Shown: piece by piece, positions 9,472 to 18,806 of the stretch
How positions within the stretch are numbered: the first letter of the stretch is position 1
Layout: every line of letters begins with the position of its first letter
Assembly: GCA_964435965.1 (NCBI GenBank)
Contig: CAYTBB010000001.1
Coordinates: forward strand, 6,715 to 70,714
Length of the DNA stretch: 64,000 bases
Direction of reading: 5' to 3'
Source of the DNA: an uncultured Dehalococcoidales bacterium
GTDB taxonomy: Bacteria > Chloroflexota > Dehalococcoidia > GIF9 > AB-539-J10
Notes under the pieces: generated by a model
Told to the model about the DNA's origin: nothing
The model's input: the letters and a program-made list of their open reading frames with translations, nothing else
Databases searched by the model: none
Position numbers and translations under genes: made by a program

Positions 9472-9825
9472 ATGCGAGAGTTAGTCAAATCTTGCAAAGC
9501 CCTATCGGATGAAACCAGACTAAGGGTTCTAAATGTGCTTATGGAATGAGATTGCTGTGTATCCGAGGTAAGGCAGGCTCTGCAGATTTCGTAGGCCCGT
9601 GCCTCCCGGAGTTTGAGCACTCTTTATGACGCAGGGTTCTTAAGGCTTAGGCGACGTGGACTCTGGTCTTTATATTCCATAGAGAAAGAAAATTTGCAAG
9701 AATACTCTGTAGACCTAATTGAGGGTGTTAGAAAAGCATTGAAAGACGATGAAACAGCCTTACTGGATAGGCATCGATTGGAAGGCGGCAAGAGATTAGG
9801 ACCAGATCAGGTATGCAAACCATGA
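9472..9825 (+). pseudogene. ArsR/SmtB-family transcriptional regulator interrupted by two in-frame stop codons (TGA at 9547-9549, TAG at 9592-9594)
   Basis: One frame reads MRELVKSCKALSDETRLRVLNVLME*DCCVSEVRQALQIS*ARASRSLSTLYDAGFLRLRRRGLWSLYSIEKE..., an ArsR HTH pattern of 118 codons. A GGAG SD sits 8 nt upstream of the start. There are no frameshifts, only the two nonsense codons. Confidence 0.6.
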
Positions 9826-9858
9826 GGAGCTGCTCTCCTTTTTTCTGAGGTTATATAT

Positions 9859-11160
9859 ATGCTATTAGGCTTTAATAAGAGATTTTGGACTCTCGTTACC
9901 TGTCTCGTAATTGCTGGGATAACAGTTATGGTGTATCCCGGTTATGCCCGCCAGCAAGATTCTGTTCACGCTTCTGTGGAAGAGTCTGTTTCCATTGGTG
10001 AGGTTGCAGACCCCGGTATCCTGCTCAACTCCCCCTTTTACTTTACTAAGAGTTGGAGCAGAGCCGGTCGCCTTTTTTTCGCTTTTGAGAGCCAGAGGAA
10101 AGCCGAATTGGCATTGAGGTTTGCCAATGAGGATGCTCTAGCAATTAAGGAGCTGTGCGAAAAAGAAGAATACATATCTACTGGAAAGCAATGCGGAGAG
10201 TTCCAAGGACAGTTTCAGAGAACCCTCAAGTGGACGGAACAAGCAAGACAAGAAGGTAAAGATATTAAGGAATTGATGGCTAAACTTAAAGAAGACCATC
10301 TCAGCCAGCAGCAAGTTTTAGCCAGTGTGCTGGAAAAGGTGCCAGAGTGGGCAAGAGAGGGAATTCTAATTGCTATGGAGAATTCGAGCTCTCTTTTGGA
10401 AAATGCTGTTGAAGTAATGCAAGGAAAGCAGGAGGTGGAGCAATTTCGAGGGGAGCTCAGTCTTCAATTCAGCAACGTGGACAGGGAGACACAAATTAGA
10501 ATTCAGGAAAGATTGGGAACGAGACCCCGCAACTCGGAGACAGCTGCTGATTCTATAACTATCCCTGCGCTAGTCAATCATCCACCGATTATTACTAGCT
10601 TGATAGCTAATGATTATGAGGTTATCCCAACAGATAAATGCTATATTGAATGCAGTGCTGAAGACCAGGATGGCGATATCCTGAACTATATGTGGTCAGC
10701 CAGTAAAGGTGATATTTCAGGCACAGGGTCATCCGCTACCTGGGCTGCTCCTGAGGAAGAAGATAGCTATGATATCACAATCACAGTCAACGATGGATAT
10801 GGTGGGGAAGACGTAAAATCGTTGACTATTAGAGTACAACTCCCAGAGCCCCCAGTTATTGAGCAATTGATAGTTACTCCTGATGAACCTAAATATTTCA
10901 TTAAGCAATTAGTGGGATATGTAATCTTGAGCGGTAAAAGCTGTGGAATTGAATGTGTCGTTTCTGGTGGGGGGGAACTAAGTTTCGATTGGTCAGCCAG
11001 CGAGGGTGACATCTCTGGCACAGGTTGCGTAGTTACATGGACTGCACCTTCTCGTAAGTGTAGTGTTACTCTCTCTGCAACAGTGTCTGACGAAAGTGGC
11101 AATGTAGTCAGCGAAGAAATCCTTTTCCATGTCAGGACATGCCGCCCATGCTTCGTATAG
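9859..11160 (+). CDS. membrane-anchored secreted protein with an N-terminal DUF5667-like domain and two Ig-like/PKD-like repeats; Cys-rich C-terminus
   Basis: An N-terminal TM helix (LVTCLVIAGITVMVY) is followed by a DPGILLNSPFYFTKSW...KAELALRFANE domain. Two repeats carry W-S-A-S-x-G-D-I-S-G-T-G...W-x-A-P followed by ...TV.D..G, and the C-terminal tail is RTCRPCFV. Confidence 0.7.
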   Translation: MLLGFNKRFWTLVTCLVIAGITVMVYPGYARQQDSVHASVEESVSIGEVADPGILLNSPFYFTKSWSRAGRLFFAFESQRKAELALRFANEDALAIKELCEKEEYISTGKQCGEFQGQFQRTLKWTEQARQEGKDIKELMAKLKEDHLSQQQVLASVLEKVPEWAREGILIAMENSSSLLENAVEVMQGKQEVEQFRGELSLQFSNVDRETQIRIQERLGTRPRNSETAADSITIPALVNHPPIITSLIANDYEVIPTDKCYIECSAEDQDGDILNYMWSASKGDISGTGSSATWAAPEEEDSYDITITVNDGYGGEDVKSLTIRVQLPEPPVIEQLIVTPDEPKYFIKQLVGYVILSGKSCGIECVVSGGGELSFDWSASEGDISGTGCVVTWTAPSRKCSVTLSATVSDESGNVVSEEILFHVRTCRPCFV

Positions 11161-11491
11161 AATGGGATGATAAATTAGACTCCAGCTTGAAGCATTGACC
11201 CAGATCTATCGATTAGTATCCAGCAATAAGTAGTATGATGAGCTATACCTCTATCTTAGCAAGGAGAAGAGGCAGGCAAAACTGACATGTTTTCCTAGAG
11301 ATTGCTGGCAGCCAGGGCTAGATTTGAACTGATGCCCCTTCGGATTATGAGCCCAACGAGCTACTGATGAAATCTTACTAACGACCTTTGTTTGAATTTG
11401 CCTGAGTAGTCTGAGGTGGTAAAAGCTATTCTGGAGGAATGTTAAAGCCAGCATCTGGACAATAATTTCTGTAGAAGTTCATATATTAGAG

Positions 11492-13909
11492 TCAATCTCT
11501 TAAAGTAGCACCTAGTTCTTGATGTAATCTATCTACAATCCTCTGATGGGGTCTATTAACCTCTTCGTCGGTTAAAGTATGCTCAGGTGATTGATAAACA
11601 ATCCTTATAGCGAAGGATTTCTTGCCTTCAGGTATTTGCTCACCTCGATAAAAGTCAAAGAGCGTGACTTTCTTTACTAGCGGGAAGCTTCGGATTACAT
11701 CCTCCACCTGCTGATAGCTTACTTGCTTATCTATTACTAAGGCAATGTCTCTAGTTATGTTGGGAAACCGTGGGATAGGCTGATACTGCTTTACTTTGAT
11801 TGTTTTGCTCAGCAACTTCTCTATATCCATTTCAATAAGATAAACAGCATCAGAAAGCTCGAAGGCTTGTGCTACCTTGGGATGCAAGTTACCTACAATA
11901 CCCACTTTATCAGCGCCGATGATTATATTAGCTGCCCTTCCAGGTAATAGGCTTTCATCATCACTGGCCCCAAAGGTTGCTTCTAGTCCCAATTGGTTCA
12001 AAAGGTTCTCTACTACTCCCTTAGCATCAAAAAAATTGAGCTGCTCCTTATTACCGTGCCAGGACAATTCTGCCTCTGGGCCGCTAAGTGCAGCACAAAG
12101 CATTTCCTTTTCTTGTGGCAGCTCATTCCCTTGTGGCAAGAATATCTTGCCGATTTCAAATAATCTTATGCTCCCTTCCTCAACCCTTTGATTGTGTACC
12201 AAGGTAGTTAGCAAGCCAGGACGCAAAGTAGTACGCAAGTATTCCTGCTCCTTGGTCATAGGGTTAGCTACTTTCAAAGATGTAACTTTCAGCTTGAGCC
12301 TCGGAGAAATTTTTTGCAGCCTCTCTAAGCTAGTCAAAGAATAGGTCAGTATTTCTTGAAAACCGCAGCCGGTGAGAATATTTCCTAATCTTTGCTTGAG
12401 ATTGCTTCGCTGCACTCGCAATGACAACCTTGATTCCTGTTGAGGGAAGGGAGAGCTAAGCCTGGTAACAGGAACTTGGTCATAGCCGATAATGCGAACC
12501 ACCTCTTCTACAAGATCAGCAGAGCAGCTAATGTCGCTGCGCCAATAAGGAGCCACTACCAAGATTTGTGACGCTGAGTTGGCATGCTGACATTCAAAGC
12601 CCAAGGATTTTAATACTTTAAGAATCTTAGCTAATGGTACCTCTAAGCCTGAAAGTCGCTTCACCTCCTCAGCAGAGAGCAAGATGCCCTTTGGCTGTGA
12701 TTTCCCAGGATAAACATCTATTATGCTCTTAGCTGCCTTGCCGCCAGCCAGCTCCAAGAGCAATTGGGTAGCTCGCTTCAGTGGTAGCAGTGGTAAGTCA
12801 GGATTTAGCCCTTTATCGAAGCGAATAGAAGCCTCACTTTGCAAATTAAGGCAATGGCATCCTTGACGAATGATTGCTTGGTTGAAATTTGCTGACTCTA
12901 GGAGAATAGAAGTGGTTTTATCTGCAACCTCGGTATCCAATCCTCCCATAATTCCAGCAATAGCAACAGCCTTTTCTTTGTCAGCAATGACTAAAGTATC
13001 GGGGCTAAGAACACGCTCTATTCCATCAAGGGTGGTTATAGTTTCGCTATTTCTAGCCCGACGGACAATAATCTGTTTGCCTTCAAGTTCATGATAGTCA
13101 AAAGCATGGAGAGGCTGCCCATATTCCAGCATTACGTAATTGGTAACATCAACCACATTGTTAATAGGACGCATGCCATAGCTACTCAGGCGATACTGTA
13201 GCCAATTAGGAGAAGGGGCTATCTTAATCCCTATAATTAAGCTGGCACAGTACCTAGGACATAAACTTGGTTCAATTATGTCAACAGAGACAAAAGAATC
13301 TATCGGAGTCTCTGTTTCTTCATAATGAATCTCGGGCAAATGAAGTGCTTGCTCAGTAAGAGAGGCAATTTCTCTAGCAATGCCAATTATGGATAAGCAA
13401 TCTGGGCGATTGGGCGTTATATCTAAATCAAAAATAACATCGCCTAAATAGTCTCTAAGAGGCATACCTATAGGAGCTTCTGATGGTAATACCATGATGC
13501 CCCCGTGACTATCGGAGATCCCCAATTCCTTTTCAGAGCAAACCATGCCCTCAGAAAGAACGCCACGGATTTTAGCTGGCTTTAGCAAAATAGGTTTCCC
13601 AGTATGACCATCTATAAGTTGTGCTCCCACAGAGGCGAAAGGCACCTTCTGCCCGAGGCTAATGTTTGGGGCACCGCAAACCACAGTAACCTGCTGGGGG
13701 TCGAGATTAACAGTAGCTAGCCTTAGGCGATCTGCGTTGGGATGAGGATTTAAAGCCGTTACTTCTCCTACTACTACGTTGTTCCAGGTGCTGCCTGTAG
13801 TCTGTATGTCTTTGGCTTCCACGCCAGCCATAGTTAGCCTTCTAGCTAGCTCTTTAGGAGCAAGTTTGATGTCACTATAATCTTTAAGCCATTTAAGCGA
13901 AGCCTTCAT
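11492..13909 (-). CDS. pheT: phenylalanyl-tRNA synthetase beta subunit
   Basis: The protein is 805 aa and starts MKASLKWLKDYSDIKLAPKELARRLTMAGVE, with B3/4 and B5 domains and an FDX-ACB-like C-terminus. Confidence 0.93.
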   Translation of the reverse strand: MKASLKWLKDYSDIKLAPKELARRLTMAGVEAKDIQTTGSTWNNVVVGEVTALNPHPNADRLRLATVNLDPQQVTVVCGAPNISLGQKVPFASVGAQLIDGHTGKPILLKPAKIRGVLSEGMVCSEKELGISDSHGGIMVLPSEAPIGMPLRDYLGDVIFDLDITPNRPDCLSIIGIAREIASLTEQALHLPEIHYEETETPIDSFVSVDIIEPSLCPRYCASLIIGIKIAPSPNWLQYRLSSYGMRPINNVVDVTNYVMLEYGQPLHAFDYHELEGKQIIVRRARNSETITTLDGIERVLSPDTLVIADKEKAVAIAGIMGGLDTEVADKTTSILLESANFNQAIIRQGCHCLNLQSEASIRFDKGLNPDLPLLPLKRATQLLLELAGGKAAKSIIDVYPGKSQPKGILLSAEEVKRLSGLEVPLAKILKVLKSLGFECQHANSASQILVVAPYWRSDISCSADLVEEVVRIIGYDQVPVTRLSSPFPQQESRLSLRVQRSNLKQRLGNILTGCGFQEILTYSLTSLERLQKISPRLKLKVTSLKVANPMTKEQEYLRTTLRPGLLTTLVHNQRVEEGSIRLFEIGKIFLPQGNELPQEKEMLCAALSGPEAELSWHGNKEQLNFFDAKGVVENLLNQLGLEATFGASDDESLLPGRAANIIIGADKVGIVGNLHPKVAQAFELSDAVYLIEMDIEKLLSKTIKVKQYQPIPRFPNITRDIALVIDKQVSYQQVEDVIRSFPLVKKVTLFDFYRGEQIPEGKKSFAIRIVYQSPEHTLTDEEVNRPHQRIVDRLHQELGATLRD

Positions 13910-13924
13910 GTTAGCTACTAAAAT

Positions 13925-14959
13925 CTAGAATTGTTTTAAAAACCTAAGGTCATTACGGTAAAAGAGGCGAATATCGTCTATGCCGTAGCGAAGTATGGCG
14001 ATCCGCTCTACACCCATACCAAAGGCGAAACCGCTATAAATTTCAGGATCAATATCACCACGCTTGAGGACATCGGGGTGGGTCATCCCTGCGCCCAATA
14101 TTTCAATCCAGCCGCTGTAGCCACACAGTCGGCAGCCAGTTCCATGACAGGCTGAGCACTCAATAGCCACCTCCACCCCAGGTTCGACAAAGGGGAAGTA
14201 ATCACATCGGAAGCGTATTTTCCTTTCCTCACCAAAAAGGCAACGACTAAATTCAAACAAAGTGCCTTTCAAATCAGCCAAAGTAATATCCTTGTCTATG
14301 GCTAATCCTTCAACCTGATATAACATAGATTCATGGGTAACATCGGTTGCTTCATATCTATAAACCCGCCCTGGCATTATAGCTCTTATCGGTGGGCGTT
14401 TCTTTTCCATCAGCCTTATCTGCATCGGCGAAGTATGGGTGCGTAAAAGCCTGGATTCTTTATCCATCTCAGGATCTACCCACAAAGTGGCGAACATATC
14501 CCGTGCCGGGTGCCATTGAGGAATATTTAGAGCTTCAAAGTTATAATAATCCCACTCAACATCGGGCCCCTCAAAAACTTGAAAGCCCATGTTCTTAAAA
14601 ACATCACAAATTTCTTCAAGTACTCGGGTGGTGGGGTGAAGTCGTCCTATGGGGACAGGCCGACCAGGCAAAGTAACATCTAACCCTTCACGCTCTAAGG
14701 AAGTAGCCAGATGAATTTCTTCTAGAAACTTTTTCTTTCCAACTAGGCCCGATTCTAAAGCTCTCTTGATTTCATTAGCTTGGGCGCCTACTTTTTTTCG
14801 CTCCTCTAGAGGTAAGGTAGCTAAAGAGCGCAAAATTTGAGTTAACTTGCTTTTCTTGCCCAAGTGGTGAACTCGCCATGAGTTGAGTTCCCTAAGTTCG
14901 CTAACTTGGTTTAATTCACTAAGAGCCTCTCGACGAAGTTCTTCAAGTTGCTTGAGCAT
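13925..14959 (-). CDS. pheS: phenylalanyl-tRNA synthetase alpha subunit
   Basis: The protein is 344 aa with class II motifs ([35 protein letters not shown]). Confidence 0.93.
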   Translation of the reverse strand: MLKQLEELRREALSELNQVSELRELNSWRVHHLGKKSKLTQILRSLATLPLEERKKVGAQANEIKRALESGLVGKKKFLEEIHLATSLEREGLDVTLPGRPVPIGRLHPTTRVLEEICDVFKNMGFQVFEGPDVEWDYYNFEALNIPQWHPARDMFATLWVDPEMDKESRLLRTHTSPMQIRLMEKKRPPIRAIMPGRVYRYEATDVTHESMLYQVEGLAIDKDITLADLKGTLFEFSRCLFGEERKIRFRCDYFPFVEPGVEVAIECSACHGTGCRLCGYSGWIEILGAGMTHPDVLKRGDIDPEIYSGFAFGMGVERIAILRYGIDDIRLFYRNDLRFLKQF

Positions 14960-15320
14960 TTGTGTTTTCAGATGAAACAGAAGCCATTAATTTAGCCAGG
15001 CCTTCAGGATCCTTAACTGCCATCTCAGCTAGCATCTTGCGGTTTATTTCCCTGTTTGACTTCTTTAAGCCAGCCATAAACTGACTGTAGGAGAGCCCTT
15101 GAGCTCGTGCTGCGGCATTGATGCGAGCGATCCATAATCTCCTGAAATCACCTTTTCGCTCCCGACGGTGGCAATAGGCATAATCTAAGCCATGGAGCAT
15201 AGACTCATGAGCACTACGATATAAGGCATGCCTGGCACCATAATGGCCCTTGGTTAATTCAAGTGCCTTTTTATGGCGCCTATGAGTGACTTTCCCGCTT
15301 TTAGCTCGTGGCAAGATCAC
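14943..15320 (-). CDS. rplT: 50S ribosomal protein L20
   Basis: The sequence [27 protein letters not shown]...[25 protein letters not shown] is L20-like. Confidence 0.93.
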   Translation of the reverse strand: MILPRAKSGKVTHRRHKKALELTKGHYGARHALYRSAHESMLHGLDYAYCHRRERKGDFRRLWIARINAAARAQGLSYSQFMAGLKKSNREINRKMLAEMAVKDPEGLAKLMASVSSENTNAQAT

Positions 15321-15334
15321 ATCCTCCCTTAACT

Positions 15335-15670
15335 TTATTTTTCAGGCGTTACCTTTTTCCCTCTGGCGATAGAATAAACTACTATTAACGCAACCCCAAT
15401 AAATAGGAAGACAAGTCCGGGGATACCGGTTGCCCTGCCGATCTGGAAAACAAAAGCACTAATTATAAGAGCTATACCTATCCCAGTTACTACGGAGCCT
15501 GCAAGCAAGAATCCCCAACCAGGAGGGCCTAGTGGTTTTGGTTGCTTTGGCTGGTATAGCCCCTTCTCTATTAAAGCCATATCTTTTTTATGCTCCCAAT
15601 AAATTGCCCAGCCACCACAAGTTATGCCTAATGCTACTGACAGAATAGGAATTAAAAGAGCCCAATCCAT
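15335..15670 (-). CDS. small hypothetical membrane protein (3 predicted TM helices) inserted between rpmI and rplT
   Basis: The 111-aa protein has the hydrophobic segments LLIPILSVALGITCGGWAIYW, GFLLAGSVVTGIGIALIISAFVF and GLVFLFIGVALIVVY. It has the same orientation as its neighbours and tight spacing to them. Confidence 0.55.
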   Translation of the reverse strand: MDWALLIPILSVALGITCGGWAIYWEHKKDMALIEKGLYQPKQPKPLGPPGWGFLLAGSVVTGIGIALIISAFVFQIGRATGIPGLVFLFIGVALIVVYSIARGKKVTPEK

Positions 15671-15696
15671 TCCTAGTCTAAGCCACCTTTCATATA

Positions 15697-15894
15697 TTAT
15701 TTGTAAGGCAAAAGTCTTCCTACTCGCTTTTTATCTGCCGAAGAGACTGGTATCATTTCGTCATAAAGACGCTTGGTTCGAGGAGCTTTTTTCCGTCTTA
15801 AGTGGCTTTTGCCACACTTAGTCCGCATGAGCTTGCCACTACCTGTTATGTGAAAGCGCCCCTTCACTCCTTTATGAGTCTTAAGTTTTGGCAT
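15697..15894 (-). CDS. rpmI: 50S ribosomal protein L35
   Basis: The 65-aa protein reads MPKLKTHKGVKGRFHITGSGKLMRTKCGKSHLRRKK, as expected for L35. Confidence 0.93.
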   Translation of the reverse strand: MPKLKTHKGVKGRFHITGSGKLMRTKCGKSHLRRKKAPRTKRLYDEMIPVSSADKKRVGRLLPYK

Positions 15895-16444
15895 CTGATT
15901 TCACCACCGTAGATTTTTTCGCTGGAGAAGGCAAAAGGATTAAAGCTATACGCCTTGCATCCTTAACAAGATGGTCGCTTGCTACTGCTTCTTCTTTTAA
16001 GGCTTCGGCCACCTTCTGTAGCACCTTCCAACCCAATTCGGGATAAATAACCTCACGTCCTCTAAACCTCACCGATACCCTTACTTTACTACCTTCATCC
16101 AGCAATTTTCTTATTGTTCTAATCTTCGCTTGTAAATCATGTTCCTCAATTTTTGGTCTAAAACGAACTTCTCTAAGCAAGCCAATTTTTTGACTCCTTT
16201 TTACTTTCCGTTCTTTTTTCGATTGTTCATATTTATACTTTCCATAATCAAGAAGCCGACATACCGGTGGAATGACCGTTGGTGATACTTCAACTAAATC
16301 AAGCCCATGTTCTCGAGCAAGCTGCAATGCTTGCTCGAGAGGTAGTATGCCCAGTTGTTCTCCTTCCTCTCCTATAAGTCGAACTTCTTTGACCCTAATT
16401 TGCCTATTAATCCGTAAAGGTTTAACTATATCTTTTCCACCTCT
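15881..16444 (-). CDS. infC: translation initiation factor IF-3 (true start upstream of the ORF-track TTG; probably a non-canonical AUU/AUA-type start)
   Basis: The frame is open upstream to the thrS stop, and hand translation gives ...GGKDIVKPLRINRQIRVKEVRLIGEEGEQLGILPLEQALQLAREHGLDLVEV. There is no ATG, GTG or TTG in that N-terminal stretch, so the exact start is uncertain. Confidence 0.8.
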   Translation of the reverse strand, partial: RGGKDIVKPLRINRQIRVKEVRLIGEEGEQLGILPLEQALQLAREHGLDLVEVSPTVIPPVCRLLDYGKYKYEQSKKERKVKRSQKIGLLREVRFRPKIEEHDLQAKIRTIRKLLDEGSKVRVSVRFRGREVIYPELGWKVLQKVAEALKEEAVASDHLVKDARRIALILLPSPAKKSTVVKSDAKT

Positions 16445-16452
16445 AAAGTAAT

Positions 16453-18174
16453 TTAGCGCTTAGCCTCTATATCTCCTCTTATCTTTGCCTTGACCTGTGA
16501 AATAGTTTGCGAGCCTATGTCCTCACCACTCCTTAAGCGAAGCGACACATTGGACGAAGCTACTTCATTATCACCAACTATAATCATGTATGGTATCTTA
16601 TTTAGTTGGGCTTCCCTTATTTTCAAGTTCATTCTCTCTGAGCGGTCGTCAACCTGAGTGCGAATCCCCTCTTCCTCAAGCTCATTTTCCACTTGGTGCG
16701 TATAATCAATATGACGATCCGCTATAGGAATTATTACAGCCTGAACTGGTGATAGCCACACAGGAAAAGCACCACCATAATGCTCAATAAGACAAGCTAA
16801 GAAGCGTTCCATGCTTCCTAACACAGTGCGATGTATCATTGTTACATTGTGTTCTAAGCCATCAGCACCAATGTAACAAACATTAAATCGTTGTGGTAAA
16901 TTGAAATCGACCTGAATGGTAGGGCCTTGCCAAGCATGTCCTAAAGCATCTCTAAGTTTAATATCAATCTTAGGTCCGTAAAAAACTCCTTCGCCAGGAT
17001 CCAGTTTGTAGGGCAATTTAAGTTTTTCTAAGACCCGTTTTAAAGATTCTGTAGCTCCCTCCCACATTTCAATAGTCCCAGCATATTTATCTGGACGTGT
17101 GGATAATAGCAATTCATAATCACCAAAGCCGAAAGTGGACATCATAAACTTTGCTAGTTCTACAACTCCCATTACTTCCGCTTCAGTTTGCTCAGGTCGG
17201 CAGAAAATGTGAGCATCGTCTTGAGTGAATCCCCTTACTCTAGCTAAGCCATGTAGCACCCCGGTGCGCTCATACCTATATACCGTGCCTAATTCGGCAT
17301 ACCTCAGAGGTAAATCGCGATAGCTACGCAGTTGACTTTTATAAATCATGATATGCCCCAAGCAATTCATCGGCTTTATTATGTATTGTTGTCCTTCTAC
17401 TTCCATTGGTGAATATAAGTAATCCCGATAAAATTCCCAGTGCCCGCTGGTTTTCCACAAATCTAACTTGGCAATATGAGGAGTATAGACAATATCGTAG
17501 CCTTGCTTAATATGTTCCGCCTTCCAAAAATCCTCAATAATCCGCCGAATTAAAGCACCTTTAGGGTGCCAACAAATTAAACCAGGGCCAATTTCCTCGT
17601 GAATACTGAAAAGATCGAGCTCTTTGCCTAGCTTCCTATGGTCTCGTTTGGCAGCTTCAGCCTGGCACAATAAATAATCCTCAAGCTCTGCTTGGCTATC
17701 AAAAGCTACACCATAAATTCTCTGCAACATGGGTTGTCTCTCATCGCCACGCCAATATGCTCCGGCGATATGAGTAAGCTTAAACGCTTTCACCTCCCCT
17801 GTAGAAGCTATATGGGGGCCACGGCATAAATCGGTAAAAGAACCTTGCTTATAGATAGCCACTATAGCATCGGGGAGTTCATTAATAAGCTCCAGTTTAT
17901 AAGGTTGGGTGGCAAAAAGGAGACGTGCTTTCTCCTTGCTTACTTCCTCTCTGATGAAAGGCAAATCAGCAGCAATAATCTCCTTCATTTTGCTGTCAAT
18001 TATCGGCATGTCTTCTTGTGTTAACGGACGTGGTAGCTCAAAATCATAATAAAAGCCACTCTCAATAGCTGGCCCAATGCCAAATTTGGCCTCAGGGAAA
18101 AGGGATTGCACTGCCTCAGCCATGATGTGAGCAGCAGAGTGACGCATCCTTTCCAATCTCTCTTCTCTGTTCAT
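16453..18174 (-). CDS. thrS: threonyl-tRNA synthetase (lacks the N-terminal TGS domain; begins in the editing/second-additional domain)
   Basis: The protein is 573 aa. HSAAHIM is the editing-domain His motif, class II motifs are present, and the C-terminus is an anticodon-binding domain. Confidence 0.93.
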   Translation of the reverse strand: MNREERLERMRHSAAHIMAEAVQSLFPEAKFGIGPAIESGFYYDFELPRPLTQEDMPIIDSKMKEIIAADLPFIREEVSKEKARLLFATQPYKLELINELPDAIVAIYKQGSFTDLCRGPHIASTGEVKAFKLTHIAGAYWRGDERQPMLQRIYGVAFDSQAELEDYLLCQAEAAKRDHRKLGKELDLFSIHEEIGPGLICWHPKGALIRRIIEDFWKAEHIKQGYDIVYTPHIAKLDLWKTSGHWEFYRDYLYSPMEVEGQQYIIKPMNCLGHIMIYKSQLRSYRDLPLRYAELGTVYRYERTGVLHGLARVRGFTQDDAHIFCRPEQTEAEVMGVVELAKFMMSTFGFGDYELLLSTRPDKYAGTIEMWEGATESLKRVLEKLKLPYKLDPGEGVFYGPKIDIKLRDALGHAWQGPTIQVDFNLPQRFNVCYIGADGLEHNVTMIHRTVLGSMERFLACLIEHYGGAFPVWLSPVQAVIIPIADRHIDYTHQVENELEEEGIRTQVDDRSERMNLKIREAQLNKIPYMIIVGDNEVASSNVSLRLRSGEDIGSQTISQVKAKIRGDIEAKR

Positions 18175-18414
18175 TATTATTAAGCTCTTACCCTGTAATT
18201 AAATAAAAAGGCTCACGCCTAAAACGAGAGATTTCATAAAATTAAATCCCATTGGAAATCTAAGACGTGACATAAGCTGTTAGCTTTTACCTTCCGATGT
18301 TTTAGCCCTTTCTATCAGCATCCTTTAATCAATTGAGAAGAAATGCTCCCCACTACAAAATAACTAACGACCTAATTCACTCTCATATATTTATATTATC
18401 ATGTTTGCCAAATA

Positions 18415-18487
18415 TGGGCGATACTGGATTTGAACCAGTGACCTCTGCGATGTCAACGCAGCGCTCTAACCGCTGAGCTAACCGCCC
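18415..18487 (-). tRNA. tRNA-Val (anticodon GAC)
   Basis: The reverse complement is GGGCGGTTAGCTCAGCGGTTAGAGCGCTGCGTTGACATCGCAGAGGTCACTGGTTCAAATCCAGTATCGCCCA, a complete cloverleaf with anticodon loop TTGACAT and no encoded CCA. Confidence 0.85.
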
Positions 18488-18552
18488 CTTTCGATCGATT
18501 GTCGACCGATTGTAGCAGACATATATAGGAAGGTCAAATCTCCACATAGACA

Positions 18553-18728
18553 GTCATTCCACAACACCTACCTGTAGGCTCTGAACCCCTCACTCCTTTT
18601 CACTTCGTTCAGAGCTTCGGCTCACCAAGGTAAACTCCGCGAGGAATCTCGTAGCATTCAGACAGGCTCCGTGAAAAATCTTTACCCCTCGCTGCCTCTT
18701 TGCTTCGAGTGTTTCAGTTCAGAATGAT
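18553..18728. repeat. family-1 dispersed repeat, long form (copy D)
   Basis: This copy shares CCTACCTGTAGGCTCTGAACC...CCTCACTCCTTTTCACTTCGTTCAGAG...CGCGAGGAATCTCGTAGCATTCAGACAGGCTCCGTGAAAAATCT with copy A (34190-34340) and with the flanks of copy C. Its ends are the TIR-like GTCATTCC and CAGAATGATA. Confidence 0.6.
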
Positions 18729-18806
18729 AAAATAGATGCTTTCCAAAATGGCGAGGATTATAGTACGTGATATAATAGAATCAACTTTGCCGCATAGCAG
18801 GCTAAG

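Noticed and set aside
9429-9620. ORF 9429..9620 on the minus strand
   Set aside because: It overlaps the promoter, operator and 5' half of the ArsR-like frame on the opposite strand and has no homology signal; it is spurious
11300-11400. tRNA-like segment (reverse complement ...GGGGCATCAGTTCAAATCTAGCCCTGGCTGCCA with a TTCAAAT T-loop-like heptamer and a terminal CCA) in the convergent proS-side/pheT intergenic region
   Set aside because: I could not fold it into a cloverleaf: no D-arm, anticodon arm or properly paired T-stem/acceptor. It may be a degraded tRNA 3' fragment or att-site remnant, but the evidence is too weak to call. A tRNAscan-SE or Infernal run would settle it
18175-18414. thrS 5' leader examined for a T-box riboswitch
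   Set aside because: No T-box consensus (AATTAGGGTGGTACCGCG) or specifier-loop architecture was visible. Only a short AGGCGTGAGCCTTTTT hairpin, which is too weak to call an attenuator
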